64,000 bases of DNA from Candidatus Bathyarchaeota archaeon (GCA_963828195.1 CAWHDT010000005.1:320001-384000), one strand, 5' to 3'; counted from the first letter of the stretch, positions 1 through 10,545 are shown. Translations and numbers: made by a program. The notes: generated by a model from the letters alone, not told the origin.

Positions 1-282
1 TTCAACAATGAGGTTTCCGTAGCCTTTTATGGCGTACAAATCGCAGGTTAAAATTTCATTTAGGGGATATTCAAGTTGGACTTCGTAGCCTTTCTGGATC
101 AGGTATTTGGCGCAGACCAGCTCCATCACGGAATGGTTGATTTTCAAAACGTTTTCTCTCTGCAGCTTCACCAACCAATCTTTCAGCATGTTAAGTTTGT
201 TTTCAGCTTCCTTACCAGAATCTTGAGCCAGCCTTGCCAACAGTACCGTTAAATCCTGCTCGAACTTTAGCCTGTTACTCAT
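1..282 (-). CDS. Conserved archaeal hypothetical protein, runs off the window edge; possible PD-(D/E)XK-like fold
   Basis: Manual translation MSNRLKFEQDL...GYEVQLEYPLNEILTCDLYAIKGYGNLIVE, open to position 1. Confidence 0.65.
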   Translation of the reverse strand, partial: MSNRLKFEQDLTVLLARLAQDSGKEAENKLNMLKDWLVKLQRENVLKINHSVMELVCAKYLIQKGYEVQLEYPLNEILTCDLYAIKGYGNLIVE

Positions 283-411
283 GCTGTTTTCCTTGCCGAT
301 TGACTGGGCGGTTGCTTAAGTTGCATTGACATCAACAATATTATGGATTTCTCCCTTTAATAGCTTCGACGATAGGTTTGAGAAAGCGCCGCAAGCCATA
401 TTCGTCGTTTG

Positions 412-571
412 ATTTTTGTTATTAATTTTAAATTTTGAAAGAACAACAACACTTGGGGAACAACTGTTGTTCTTCTTGGCAATATTTATTTAAAAGAAGA
501 AGCCTAGTGAAACCGTTTTTCTTCTTCTTTGGTCCTGTTTCTTTTTGAAGTTAAATTTTTGTGCAAATAGC
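412..571. repeat. Dispersed ~160 bp double-hairpin element, copy 1
   Basis: Aligns with the reverse complement of 47359-47520; stems GAACAACA/TGTTGTTC and AAGAAGAAG/CTTCTTCTT are conserved while loops differ. Confidence 0.85.
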
Positions 572-950
572 AGGTAGGGCTATAGGTAGCGGCGTCTTAT
601 CAGGGCTTGTTTTAAGCTGATTTTTTTGGTTAGGGTTTTTGGCAACTTTTTAATTAACTAGAGAGCAATTTTTTAAAGTTAACGCGTTATTTCCAAATCG
701 CCGTGAAACGCTTGCTAATTGTCTCTTTCTAAGTTGCAGTTTGATGATTTTGATTTTTAGCACTACTCTCATTCATATCTAATTACCTCGGCTGGTCGCG
801 TTCTGGCTGCTCACCACACAGGGTACAGACTACTCAGGCCCACCCAGCAATAAATTTCTCAAGTTTGCCGCGTTCTAACATGTAGAATTAAATAATGCCA
901 AACATAGATATCGAGACGTTAAAGGTAAATTGCTGAGAGGGGAGGGTTAA

Positions 951-2453
951 GTGAAAAAACGGTTAGCAATAGTTTTATCGCTTGTAGTAATCACCGTTAT
1001 TGTTGTTTCAACGTTTGTTTCCATAGAAATTTACACGCCCTTTTCGACTGCGGTGGCAAGTAAGAAGCCGTTTTACGTCGGCGTCACTTACTGCGGAGAC
1101 TCAAACACCGAAGCAGAACAACTTATCAACAAAGTAAAAAACTACACTAACCTGTTTGCTCTGGATTCTGGACCCTTAATGCAAAACGTTGGCGCAATGG
1201 AGCAGATATGCACTTACGCCGTTAACTCAGGATTAAACGTCATAGCATATTTCAGCACCGCTGGCGCATCAACCAATCAAATAGACTCTTTCCTCAACTT
1301 TTCTCAGACGGGGGGCATTCATTTCTTGGGATTATACTTAAATGATGAACCAGGCGGAAAAATGCTTGATGGACAAGTTTCCCTTTTCGATAGCGACATG
1401 GGAAACAACTTTCTTCCCCAAAATGTTGTTAAAGGTCAAGATGGATCTATTTCGATTAGTGAAGGCAATGGTAGTGAATCGGGCGTTACTTCATCCGAAA
1501 CCACATTTGAACCTTCGGGAACAATTAAAAACGACATTTTAAATATCCAGTTTCCTATTGGGGCGCAATCATCTGCAAACACCACGTATTATCTAAATGG
1601 CACTATTACTTTTGTATCAACTAATGGAAACGTAACCACTGGAACTTTGATGTACCAGCCAGACGGCACCGTGCAAAACCAAAACGGCGCAATAGTAACT
1701 GATGAAGGCAATATTTCTCAGTTCAAACCCTACCAAGAACTCTGGAATTCAAATCCGATTCTGAATTACACTGACGCAGCAAACCTCTATGTAACCAATC
1801 AACAATCTACCCTGAGCGATCTTGGGAATCAATCGTCTGTTAATCTTTTCACTTCAGACTATGGACTTTACTGGTTCGACTACTTAGGCGGTTACAACAC
1901 CGTTTTTGCAGAGTTATTTGGAGCCCAAACCGACCCCCAGACTTTAGCTTTAGTTAGGGGCGCAGCCGACATGCAAGATAAAAGTTGGGGAGCAATGATT
2001 GAATGGGCTAATCGCACGTCGATTACACTGCAAAGCGGCACCCAAATATACAATGAGATGCGGCAAGCTTACGAAGATGGCGCTGAATACACTGTCGTAT
2101 TTAACTACTCGCCAAGCGGCAATGGCACTGGCCTTTTGCAGGACGAGCAGTTCGCCGCGATTCAGAAGTTCTGGACGGATGTTGTGCAGAACCCCAAAAT
2201 AACCAACAATGTAGCAGGACAAGATGCGTTAGTTTTGCCCAACGATTACGGTTGGGGAATGCGGAGCCAGACCGACACGATATGGGGCATATGGCCAGCC
2301 GACAACCAGTCACAGCAAGTTTGGAATAATGTGCAATCCGCTCTTGCCAAATACGGGTCAAAACTAGATATAATCTATGATGACCCATCGTTTCCAAACT
2401 ATACAAGCATGTACTCAAAGGTAATTTACTGGAATGGCACCATTGCACCATAA
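951..2453 (+). CDS. Secreted or membrane-anchored hypothetical protein, possible glycoside-hydrolase-like barrel with a Ser/Thr/Asn-rich insert
   Basis: 500 aa ORF, N-terminal signal/TM segment, GLYLNDEPGG motif, many N-x-S/T sequons. Confidence 0.7.
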   Translation: MKKRLAIVLSLVVITVIVVSTFVSIEIYTPFSTAVASKKPFYVGVTYCGDSNTEAEQLINKVKNYTNLFALDSGPLMQNVGAMEQICTYAVNSGLNVIAYFSTAGASTNQIDSFLNFSQTGGIHFLGLYLNDEPGGKMLDGQVSLFDSDMGNNFLPQNVVKGQDGSISISEGNGSESGVTSSETTFEPSGTIKNDILNIQFPIGAQSSANTTYYLNGTITFVSTNGNVTTGTLMYQPDGTVQNQNGAIVTDEGNISQFKPYQELWNSNPILNYTDAANLYVTNQQSTLSDLGNQSSVNLFTSDYGLYWFDYLGGYNTVFAELFGAQTDPQTLALVRGAADMQDKSWGAMIEWANRTSITLQSGTQIYNEMRQAYEDGAEYTVVFNYSPSGNGTGLLQDEQFAAIQKFWTDVVQNPKITNNVAGQDALVLPNDYGWGMRSQTDTIWGIWPADNQSQQVWNNVQSALAKYGSKLDIIYDDPSFPNYTSMYSKVIYWNGTIAP

Positions 2454-2609
2454 TCCGCCACACTGACTAAAAAAAGTTACAAGTATCATATGTTTACCAA
2501 CGATTTTGCTAAGACCTTTTCCCGAAGCAAGTGAACGCCTACCCCTGCAGAAGAAGAGCGGGATTAAAGCGTTTAAAACTCAACAAAAACAAGATTAGTA
2601 TGGGAAAAA

Positions 2610-3179
2610 TTATCCTTGATTTGGAAGGACTATAATTTCAACCCCTATTGTTAAATAATAATTTGCTCCCGATTGAGTGCTTATCAGTATAGGCCGCCCA
2701 AACTTGAGGTCTAAGTAGTATTGTCCTACAGGAGCGTTACCTGCAAACTTGATTGCAAGCGCGGTAGAATTAGACATGGAAGGCTGTACAACTATCGGGT
2801 TAAGGCTGAAGCTGTAAGTCAAAATGTTATCCTGAATAAAAGATGAATTTCCTGTGTCAGCCCAAACCTTGGGGTTTATTGTATCGCTGTAAGTGCTTAA
2901 TGTTAGGTTTTCAATAGGTATTTCTATCGGCTGATCAGTGATGGACGTGAATGTGAGGTTTATCGGCAAAGTTGCTCCCTGAGTGACATTAAAGTAGATT
3001 CCGTCTTCATTGGGACCGCCGCCATTTATCTGGTAAGAAAACACATACTCTGGACCCGAGAAAGGTGTTGCCTTTGGGAGTTGATTTTGGTACGTTTTAT
3101 AGGCTATTATGCCAAAACCAGCAGCTAAAATAGCGACTAACAGGATAGTTATTGAAACTATTTTTCTGTTCATCACCAT
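2610..3179 (-). CDS. Membrane-anchored Ig-like hypothetical protein
   Basis: N-terminal TM helix, beta-rich body with APVGQY motif; last gene of the ABC operon. Confidence 0.7.
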   Translation of the reverse strand: MVMNRKIVSITILLVAILAAGFGIIAYKTYQNQLPKATPFSGPEYVFSYQINGGGPNEDGIYFNVTQGATLPINLTFTSITDQPIEIPIENLTLSTYSDTINPKVWADTGNSSFIQDNILTYSFSLNPIVVQPSMSNSTALAIKFAGNAPVGQYYLDLKFGRPILISTQSGANYYLTIGVEIIVLPNQG

Positions 3180-3225
3180 TCTTTTTCCTCGGTAACCGCT
3201 TATTTAATTTGTGGAAGCGACCTGC

Positions 3226-4533
3226 TTATTCATAGCGCATTGCCTCCGCTGGCCGCGTTCGAGCTGCTCTCCACGCAGGATACAGGCTGCCAAGGGCTCC
3301 CAGCAATACAGCGACTCCTAATCCGAGCAGTACGAGTTCGGGGGTTATGGTTACGGAGATAGATGCTGACGAAGCCGAGCCTATGGATACGCCTGCTGTT
3401 GATACTGTGCTGTTTCCAGCCTGAGTTGGATGGGGAAGCAGCAGATTAGCAAGCGATGTCGCACCCACAGTACCAATCACTAAACCCACAACGCCCGCGA
3501 TCAAGCACAGCAGCACACCTTCAAGCATAAACTGCCCCAAAACCGCCATGCTGCTGGCACCCAACGCCTTCAGGGTACCAATTTCTCGGGTTCTCTCACG
3601 CACCGTATACAACATAATGAAAAGCACGATTGCCGCAACCACCACAGTAACAACGGCAATCTCCATCGTACCAGTACTCTGGATTTGACTCATAGAAGCC
3701 TGCGCCATCTGCAACTCCTCACTGGTCTGAGTTTGCATTTGAATCACCGAATCCACCAGAGAAGCAGCTATCGAAACCGACAACTTAGGGTACATAATGC
3801 TGATTTTACTAGCAACATCTTCTACATCGGTGACATTGTCGGCAAAAACCTTAAAGTCTGATACCGCTCCCGTGTTATTAGTTATTGCCTGGGCGTCGTT
3901 AAGGTTCATGTAGACAGCGGTTTCGTTGAGCGGCGTGTACCCCTCCATACCGACCACCTGGAAGGTTTGGTTCAAAATGTTAACGGTTCCACCAACAGTG
4001 ATGTTGAAATAATCTGCAACTCGCTCCTGAAGTACAACCACGCCGCTGTCGCCTGCCTGCAGGTTTCGTCCAGCAGTAATGTTCGAGGGCAAAAGCAAAG
4101 AGTACATACTCAGCAAAGACGCATTATCCAAAGAAATCCCATAGACGTTATACGCGAAGTTGCCGTCGTATTCTGTTTGGTCAAAGATGGGTATGACGTT
4201 GGCGACGTCTGGGATCGAGGTGAGATTGGCGTAGTCTGTGATGTTCATAAGTGGCTGCTCAACGAGGGTTTGATTATCAGGCCCTGCATCGGGAACTGAG
4301 ACTGCTGGCAGGTGACAGTTTATTTGGGTTGCTACGGTAGTTACCGTTGCATTAACAGCTTGGGTCGCCTCTGTTAGATCGACAATGGTTTGTTGGGTGG
4401 TGGCTTTGCTTGCGCTGATGCTTGGCGGAATAGAAATCAACATAGCCAAAGCAAAACTCAAAACCACAATTACGAGTAGCGACCTAGTTTTTCTTCTAGA
4501 AATGTTCCTTGACGCTCTACTTAGTATACCCAT
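3226..4533 (-). CDS. ABC transporter permease, MacB/FtsX family
   Basis: VRERTREIGTLKALGAS and YPAWRAARTRPAEAMRYE motifs. Confidence 0.92.
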   Translation of the reverse strand: MGILSRASRNISRRKTRSLLVIVVLSFALAMLISIPPSISASKATTQQTIVDLTEATQAVNATVTTVATQINCHLPAVSVPDAGPDNQTLVEQPLMNITDYANLTSIPDVANVIPIFDQTEYDGNFAYNVYGISLDNASLLSMYSLLLPSNITAGRNLQAGDSGVVVLQERVADYFNITVGGTVNILNQTFQVVGMEGYTPLNETAVYMNLNDAQAITNNTGAVSDFKVFADNVTDVEDVASKISIMYPKLSVSIAASLVDSVIQMQTQTSEELQMAQASMSQIQSTGTMEIAVVTVVVAAIVLFIMLYTVRERTREIGTLKALGASSMAVLGQFMLEGVLLCLIAGVVGLVIGTVGATSLANLLLPHPTQAGNSTVSTAGVSIGSASSASISVTITPELVLLGLGVAVLLGALGSLYPAWRAARTRPAEAMRYE

Positions 4534-4574
4534 CTATTTTAACTCCAAAGCAGGTTTTCAATTTCTGCATTAAA

Positions 4575-5906
4575 TCATTCATACCTCATAGCCTCCGCTG
4601 GATTGGTTCTAGCCGCTTTCAAAGCAGGATACAAACTCCCAAGAACACCCAACAAAACGGCGGCGCCTAATCCTATCAGCGCAATTTCCGGCGTTATAGG
4701 AACAGAGATAACATTTGACCCGTTGCCGAGAAACGGCATCCGTCCATAGATTGTCTTCATTAGAGCTATTGTTCCGTTTGAATTCCCTCCCACAGTAACA
4801 CCAGTCTGCACAGGGGTTGGCAGTAGCAGGCTAGATAGTGTTGGGAGGGCAATTACGCCGACTGCTATGGCAACAAAAGCTGCAATAAGGCTAAGCACGA
4901 CGGCTTCAATCATGAATTGCCCCAGAATGGTTATGTTACCGGCGCCCATTGCTTTAAGCGTCCCTATTTCTTTAGTTCTTTCCCGAACACTGTAAAGCAT
5001 AACAAACAGCACTATTACAGCGTCTGCAACAACTACGATGCTTATTTCGGTTAGACCTGTATCTTGAATTTGACTCAGGTTGTTTTGGGCGGATTGAATC
5101 AGCTCGGTCATTTGGCTTTGCAGTGGTTCAGCCGCGTTAATCTGAGACAGACCAGATGAAACTTGCAAGTTAGGATCTAAACTGCTGATTCGGGATGCAA
5201 CTGTATTGACGTTGTCAAGGTTATCAACAAATACTGTATATAATGATGCCTGACCAGTTGCGTTGGTGATAGCTTGGGCGTCAGCTAAACTCATGCTCGC
5301 AACCAAACCTCCCGGGTCATTGTTGATGCCTACGACCGTGAAGTTTCGCCCCGAAATCGTGAAAGTTCCGCCTACACCTACACTAAAATTCTCTGCGGTT
5401 TGCTTATCCAAAACAACAACGCCGCTATCGCCAACCTGCAAATTTCGTCCCTCAATGATGTTAGCGGGTAGGAGTGATGGAATTTTTGACAAAGAAGCAT
5501 TATCTAAGGGTATACCGTAGATTTGATATGACCGATTGGCTGTAATCAACACGTTAAGTATTGGTATAACGCTGGTGACATCTGGAATTGACGTAATGTT
5601 ATTGTATAATGATTCGTTCATAAGTGGCTGCTGAATATAGCCGTTCGAACTCAACACGTTTTGGGGGCTGAAGGATATCGGATAACTGCACTGTATTTCG
5701 GTTGCCGACAAATTTATAGTTGCATTAAGGGAGCCGTAAGTACTTATTAGATCATCAAATACTTGTCGAGTCATTGCTTCTCTTGCATTGATGCTTGGCG
5801 GCAAAATAATTAGCATCGTCAAGGCAAGGCTTAACGCAATGATCACTATTACGGCGCGAGTTTTTCTTCTCGACAGGTTTCTGGCTGCTCTACTTAGTAT
5901 TCCCAT
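4575..5906 (-). CDS. ABC transporter permease, MacB/FtsX family
   Basis: VRERTKEIGTLKAMGA and YPALKAARTNPAEAMRYE motifs. Confidence 0.92.
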   Translation of the reverse strand: MGILSRAARNLSRRKTRAVIVIIALSLALTMLIILPPSINAREAMTRQVFDDLISTYGSLNATINLSATEIQCSYPISFSPQNVLSSNGYIQQPLMNESLYNNITSIPDVTSVIPILNVLITANRSYQIYGIPLDNASLSKIPSLLPANIIEGRNLQVGDSGVVVLDKQTAENFSVGVGGTFTISGRNFTVVGINNDPGGLVASMSLADAQAITNATGQASLYTVFVDNLDNVNTVASRISSLDPNLQVSSGLSQINAAEPLQSQMTELIQSAQNNLSQIQDTGLTEISIVVVADAVIVLFVMLYSVRERTKEIGTLKAMGAGNITILGQFMIEAVVLSLIAAFVAIAVGVIALPTLSSLLLPTPVQTGVTVGGNSNGTIALMKTIYGRMPFLGNGSNVISVPITPEIALIGLGAAVLLGVLGSLYPALKAARTNPAEAMRYE

Positions 5907-5939
5907 CTACTTTACCACCTGATAAAAAAAAAATAAAGG

Positions 5940-7220
5940 CTACGTCTCTTCATTGGTCAGTCGCGTACCCTCTGGTGTCTGTTTTCCTCGGCTTATTTTT
6001 GCCAAGTTAGCTCTCTCAGCTATTTTCATTGCAATGAGGACAGCAGAGAGAACTATTACGACACAAACAAGCATAACAATCGTTAATAATTGGCCAGAAA
6101 ATTCTGGAACTGCCGGGGATGAAGAATCAGTCGGCGATGCGTTCATGTTCGTGCTAATAACCGAAACTGCACCGATCCAATCAGCCACAGGACTGTTAGT
6201 TGCAACCGAAGCAAGATTTGTAACATAAGCATATTCACCGTTTGGCGTTATAGCTATGCCATAAGGGCTGGATCCGGCACTAACTGTTTTATCCACTGTG
6301 TTTGTGGCTGTGCTTATCACTGAAACTGAATCGTTGAAGTAATTTGTGACGTAGGCGTATTTGCCGTCAGGAGTTATAGCTATACCGTTAGGCTGGTCAA
6401 AACCACCTATTGTCGCTGTCACCGTGTTCGTAGCCGTACTTATCACTGAAACCGCAGTGCTATTCACGCATACATAGGCGTTTTCGCCGTTTGGCGTTAT
6501 AGCCACCGCGTAAGCGTTGTCTCCATCTCCAAGGGTTACCGTTGCCGTCACAGTGTTCGTAGTCGTATTTATCACTGAAACTGTTCCGTCCGAATTTGCA
6601 GCATAAGCGCATTCGCCGTTTGGCGTTATTGCTACAGCTTGAGGTATGATGGGACCTCCAACAGTTATGATGTTCGCTCCTACGTTGGTGACCGGGGATG
6701 CGCTTTGGGTTCCGATAGTTATGTTCGCCGTTACTGTGTGGGTTGCTGTGCTTATCACTGTAACTGCACCGTCGTAATTTGTAACGTAGACGTATTCGCC
6801 GTTAGGAGTTATTGCTACGCCTTGATTGGGATTGCCGCCGATGGTTATCGTCGCAGTCACTGTGTTAGTAGATGTGCTAATGACTGAAACTAAGCCGTCT
6901 TGGTTTGTTGCAGTATTTGTGTCCGTTACATAAGCATATTTTCCGTCGGGCGTTATGGCTACACCAACAGGCCAGTTTTGTCCAGTTACTACAGCCACTA
7001 CCTTATTCGTAGCCGTGTTTATCACTGAAACATTGTCCGTATTTGGAACGTAGGCATAATTGCCGTCAGGCGTAAAAACCACGGAATAAGGAACCCCGCC
7101 GACAGTTACAGTCGCCGAATTTGCCGCTCGAACTGGCTGAGATAATGGTGTCAAAGCACAGAGCAAGATGGCGAAGATGATGCAGCCAACGCCCAAATTC
7201 TTTACTGTTCTCTTAATCAT
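5940..7220 (-). CDS. YVTN/YncE beta-propeller surface protein with PEF-CTERM sorting signal
   Basis: About 7 repeats of VAITPDGKYAYVTN...VSVISTATNTV; signal peptide; C-terminal VPEF, TM helix and basic tail. Confidence 0.92.
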   Translation of the reverse strand: MIKRTVKNLGVGCIIFAILLCALTPLSQPVRAANSATVTVGGVPYSVVFTPDGNYAYVPNTDNVSVINTATNKVVAVVTGQNWPVGVAITPDGKYAYVTDTNTATNQDGLVSVISTSTNTVTATITIGGNPNQGVAITPNGEYVYVTNYDGAVTVISTATHTVTANITIGTQSASPVTNVGANIITVGGPIIPQAVAITPNGECAYAANSDGTVSVINTTTNTVTATVTLGDGDNAYAVAITPNGENAYVCVNSTAVSVISTATNTVTATIGGFDQPNGIAITPDGKYAYVTNYFNDSVSVISTATNTVDKTVSAGSSPYGIAITPNGEYAYVTNLASVATNSPVADWIGAVSVISTNMNASPTDSSSPAVPEFSGQLLTIVMLVCVVIVLSAVLIAMKIAERANLAKISRGKQTPEGTRLTNEET

Positions 7221-7222
7221 TC

Positions 7223-7960
7223 TTAAAGTGCCTCCGTTGATTTTGATTGACGGTTGAAAAGACCTTCTTTTTGAGCCTGTTTATCTTCGCTTATTTTCCC
7301 GCCATTAAGATACAGTGTGCGTTGAGTCTGCGCCGCAACTTGCTCGTCGTGGGTTACCATTATGATTGTTGTGCCCTGTTTCTGGTTGAGGTCCGCCAGA
7401 AGCTTCACGATTTCCTGCTTGTTGGCCACATCTAAGTTTCCTGTGGGTTCGTCAGCCAAAATTATGGCAGGATCCTTGGCTAAGGCGCGGGCGATAGCGA
7501 CTCGCTGCTGTTCACCCTGACTGAGGCGTTGAGGGCTATGTTGCTCGCGTCCAGATAATCCAACTGTGGCAAGAAATTCTTTTGCTCTTTCTCTTCTTTC
7601 ACCTTGGAATTTGCCGGAAAGCTCCATGGATAATTCGACGTTTTCCCGAGCGTTCAGGTACGGTACAAGGTTGAAGTTTTGGAAGATGAAGCCTATTTTG
7701 TCGCGACGGATTTTGTAGAGTTTTGATTCAGGCAGCCTTGCAACGTCTACGTTGTCGATGAGTACTTTTCCGCTTGATGCTTTATCGATGCAGCCGATGA
7801 CGTTGAGGAGGGTGGTTTTGCCGCTGCCTGATGGCCCCATGATTGCTGTGAACTCGCCTTTTTTGACTTCCAGGTTAAGGTCGGTTAGGGGCTGGACGCC
7901 TCGTTTGCCCAGCTTATAGGTTTTAGTTAGGTTTTCGATTTTCAGTACTGAATCACTCAT
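7223..7960 (-). CDS. ABC transporter ATP-binding protein, LolD/MacB type
   Basis: Walker A GPSGSGKT, signature LSQGEQQRV, Walker B ILADEPTG, H-loop VTHD. Confidence 0.95.
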   Translation of the reverse strand: MSDSVLKIENLTKTYKLGKRGVQPLTDLNLEVKKGEFTAIMGPSGSGKTTLLNVIGCIDKASSGKVLIDNVDVARLPESKLYKIRRDKIGFIFQNFNLVPYLNARENVELSMELSGKFQGERRERAKEFLATVGLSGREQHSPQRLSQGEQQRVAIARALAKDPAIILADEPTGNLDVANKQEIVKLLADLNQKQGTTIIMVTHDEQVAAQTQRTLYLNGGKISEDKQAQKEGLFNRQSKSTEAL

Positions 7961-9311
7961 ATCGCATGGCCTCCGCAGGTCTTGTTCTCGCTGCCTTCAA
8001 CGCGGGGTACAGGCTTCCAAGCGCACCCAACAAAACGGCAGCGCCTAACCCCGTCAACACAAACACAGGAGTTACAGGAACAGAGAAAACGTTAGGTCCA
8101 TTGCCAGTCAGAAAGGGCCTTGGTCCGGATGTAATTCTTTCTAGAACCATTGTTCCGTTCGCGTTCGTACCTATGCCTGCTCCGACCTGAGTCGGCGTTG
8201 GCAGCAGGAAACTGGCAAATGTCGGAACCACTAAGGCGCCGACTATTATAGCAATCACGGCAGCTATCACGCTAAGTATTGCACCTTCAAACATAAACTG
8301 CCCCAAAACGGATGCGTTGCTAGCTCCCATTGCTTTGAGTGTACCGATTTCTCTGGTTCGCTCTCGAACGCTGTAGAGCATTATAAACAGGATTATCGCG
8401 CCATCCGCGATGACGGCGATGGCGATTTCAACTATACCAGTAGTCTGGATTTGATTTAGGTTATTTTGGGCAGCTTGAGCCATGTCGTTTAATTGGCTTT
8501 GAAGGGGCGCAGCTGCATTTAGTTGGGATTCGCCGCTTGAAACTTGCATTTTCGGAAAATCGGCTTCGATTCGAGAGGTGATTGTGTTGACGTTATCGAC
8601 GTTGTCAGCGAAGATTTTGAAGTCTGACGCTTGGCCGGTAGTGTTTGTTATGGCTTGGGCGTCAGCTAAACTCATGACAGCGCCATAGTAACCGTCGTAA
8701 TGGCAAATACCTATTACTTTAAGGCTTCTTCCAGACAGGGTTATGGTTCCGCCTACAGTTACGTTAAATAGAGCTGCGTCTTTTTCATCTAAAACTACGA
8801 CGCCTGTGTCGCCAACTTGGAGGTTGCGTCCTTCGGTGATGTTAGCGGGTAAAAGGGATGGATCCATTTGGAAAGAGGCGTTGTTTACGGGTATACCCCA
8901 GACTAATCCATATTTGAGTTGCGGGTCGCTTTGTTCAAGCAATGGAATAACTGTGGTTACATCAGGAATAGAGCTTAATCCTGAGTAATCGGTGATGTTA
9001 ACAGTGATGTACTGGATAAATATCTGGGTACCGCTTATGTTTCCATAGGCTCCGTTTAGAAAGCTTCCAACGCTGAAGTTGGTTCCAAAGTTACCGTCAA
9101 TCTCTGTTGCCGCCAAGGTGACATCTGACTTCAGAATGTTTCCAGCCGAAACAAAATTGTTTATCATATTTTTAGTCGTGTTTTCTCGTGTATTGATGCT
9201 TGGCGGAAGAATGGTTATAAGTGTTAAGGCAAGGCTCATGGCAGCAATTACTATCGCAGCGCGGGTTTTTCGCCTAGATAAATTTTTAGCTGCTCTTGAA
9301 ACTATACCCAT
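7953..9311 (-). CDS. ABC transporter permease, MacB/FtsX family
   Basis: VRERTREIGTLKAMGAS and RPAEAMRYE motifs. Confidence 0.92.
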   Translation of the reverse strand: MGIVSRAAKNLSRRKTRAAIVIAAMSLALTLITILPPSINTRENTTKNMINNFVSAGNILKSDVTLAATEIDGNFGTNFSVGSFLNGAYGNISGTQIFIQYITVNITDYSGLSSIPDVTTVIPLLEQSDPQLKYGLVWGIPVNNASFQMDPSLLPANITEGRNLQVGDTGVVVLDEKDAALFNVTVGGTITLSGRSLKVIGICHYDGYYGAVMSLADAQAITNTTGQASDFKIFADNVDNVNTITSRIEADFPKMQVSSGESQLNAAAPLQSQLNDMAQAAQNNLNQIQTTGIVEIAIAVIADGAIILFIMLYSVRERTREIGTLKAMGASNASVLGQFMFEGAILSVIAAVIAIIVGALVVPTFASFLLPTPTQVGAGIGTNANGTMVLERITSGPRPFLTGNGPNVFSVPVTPVFVLTGLGAAVLLGALGSLYPALKAARTRPAEAMRYE

Positions 9312-9356
9312 TTAATTTATCTCCTGACACCCATTAAAGAACACGTTTGAAAAGTA

Positions 9357-9414
9357 GCTAATAATTCTCCCCGCAGAACACTTTTGTTCCTGAACTGTTC
9401 TCCAAAAGAACAGC
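9357..9414 (-). promoter_or_regulatory. Operator/promoter module for the ABC operon
   Basis: On the minus strand TGTTCT-N5-AGAACA ... TGTTCT-N6-AGAATTATTAG; mirror copy at 9589-9645. Confidence 0.75.
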
Positions 9415-9588
9415 GGTAAAAACCAACGGTTCAGTTACCAGATAGTTGTTAACTATTAAAGATACATTTTCTCTAAGTGCTTGCTTTGAATGCGAGATGT
9501 TCTTCTCCATGGATATTTTTATGAAATGTGTCTTTGTTATTTTTATTCGTTGTATAACCGGGATACTATAATGATGAGCTATTTTGGA

Positions 9589-9645
9589 GCTGTTCTTCTT
9601 GAGAACACTTTGGAACGTCTGTGTTCTTGAGAGAGAATTATTAGG
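9589..9645 (+). promoter_or_regulatory. Operator/promoter module for the 9679-10998 operon
   Basis: TGTTCT-tcttg-AGAACA (9591-9607) then TGTTCT-N6-AGAATTATTAG. Confidence 0.75.
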
Positions 9646-9678
9646 CGCCAAGCTGATTAGCAAAGCAGTGAAAAACCA

Positions 9679-10533
9679 ATGATCGAAAAAAAACTGATAC
9701 TATGCGCAATACTCGCCATAACAATCGGCATAGCGGCAATCGTACCAACTGAATACTTGATGGCTGCCCAAGCCCAAGAATCCACTCAACAACCAAACGC
9801 CCCAGCAACAAATATACAAGTACCCAATGTCGAGCCTATGTCGGATGTTAATATCACATATGCTTATTGTAATTATGACATAACTTTCTCAAACGACACA
9901 ATGGCACTTTACGGAGCTGAAATTGAAATAGTTGTAAATTTCACTTTGAATCCTAACGCCCTAGCAGGTGCGGACGCTCAGATAGAATATTACAACTTCG
10001 CTATCTCCTCAGACCAAGGACCAATCATCAACCTCGGATACTACTTAGCGTTAGCTTCCAACCAAAACATCATAACTGGTATCGGGGGGCCTAACGGAAC
10101 GATCAACTTCGCGAGCGGTCTAAACTTTAATGCACCCACCTTAGGTCAAAACATAAACTACGGCAGCGGCGGGCAAGAGATAAATCTCGATGTATATAGC
10201 CCCACCTACACCATGGGATATGTCAGCAACAACATACTGGGATCTGACCCTAACAATCTACCGCAAGCTGCAACTGAGTTAGGAAACGCCACAACGCTAT
10301 ACATTGATGTATCTAAAATTTGCACCGTCACAGTCAGCGGCAATGTCACCGTTACCACACCGGCAAGCAATCAAGTCCTACAACACGTTGAGTTAACAAA
10401 TGTAGGCAGTGGGCTCGGATTTGTATATGGAACCTATGCAGAAGGAACCCTGCCGCTTCCAATAGATGGACCAACAGCAGGAGTAACTCCAAATAGCGGA
10501 GAAACAGGCAACAATACCCCATCAAGTCCATAG
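9679..10533 (+). CDS. Secreted or membrane-anchored hypothetical protein
   Basis: 284 aa, N-terminal signal peptide, Asn/Thr-rich. Confidence 0.75.
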   Translation: MIEKKLILCAILAITIGIAAIVPTEYLMAAQAQESTQQPNAPATNIQVPNVEPMSDVNITYAYCNYDITFSNDTMALYGAEIEIVVNFTLNPNALAGADAQIEYYNFAISSDQGPIINLGYYLALASNQNIITGIGGPNGTINFASGLNFNAPTLGQNINYGSGGQEINLDVYSPTYTMGYVSNNILGSDPNNLPQAATELGNATTLYIDVSKICTVTVSGNVTVTTPASNQVLQHVELTNVGSGLGFVYGTYAEGTLPLPIDGPTAGVTPNSGETGNNTPSSP

Positions 10534-10545
10534 GTTGCAGCCAAC

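Noticed and set aside
770-830. Weak similarity to the reverse complement of 47620-47695
   Set aside because: Short and not collinear with the double-hairpin repeat; cannot be distinguished from chance.
6150-7100. Periodic DNA repeats (ATCACTGAAAC, GGCGTTAT) that could mimic a CRISPR array
   Set aside because: They are codons of YVTN propeller blades. I found no CRISPR array or cas gene in the window.
9358-9663. 101 aa ORF in the divergent intergenic region
   Set aside because: Overlaps both promoter modules and has no recognisable protein features.
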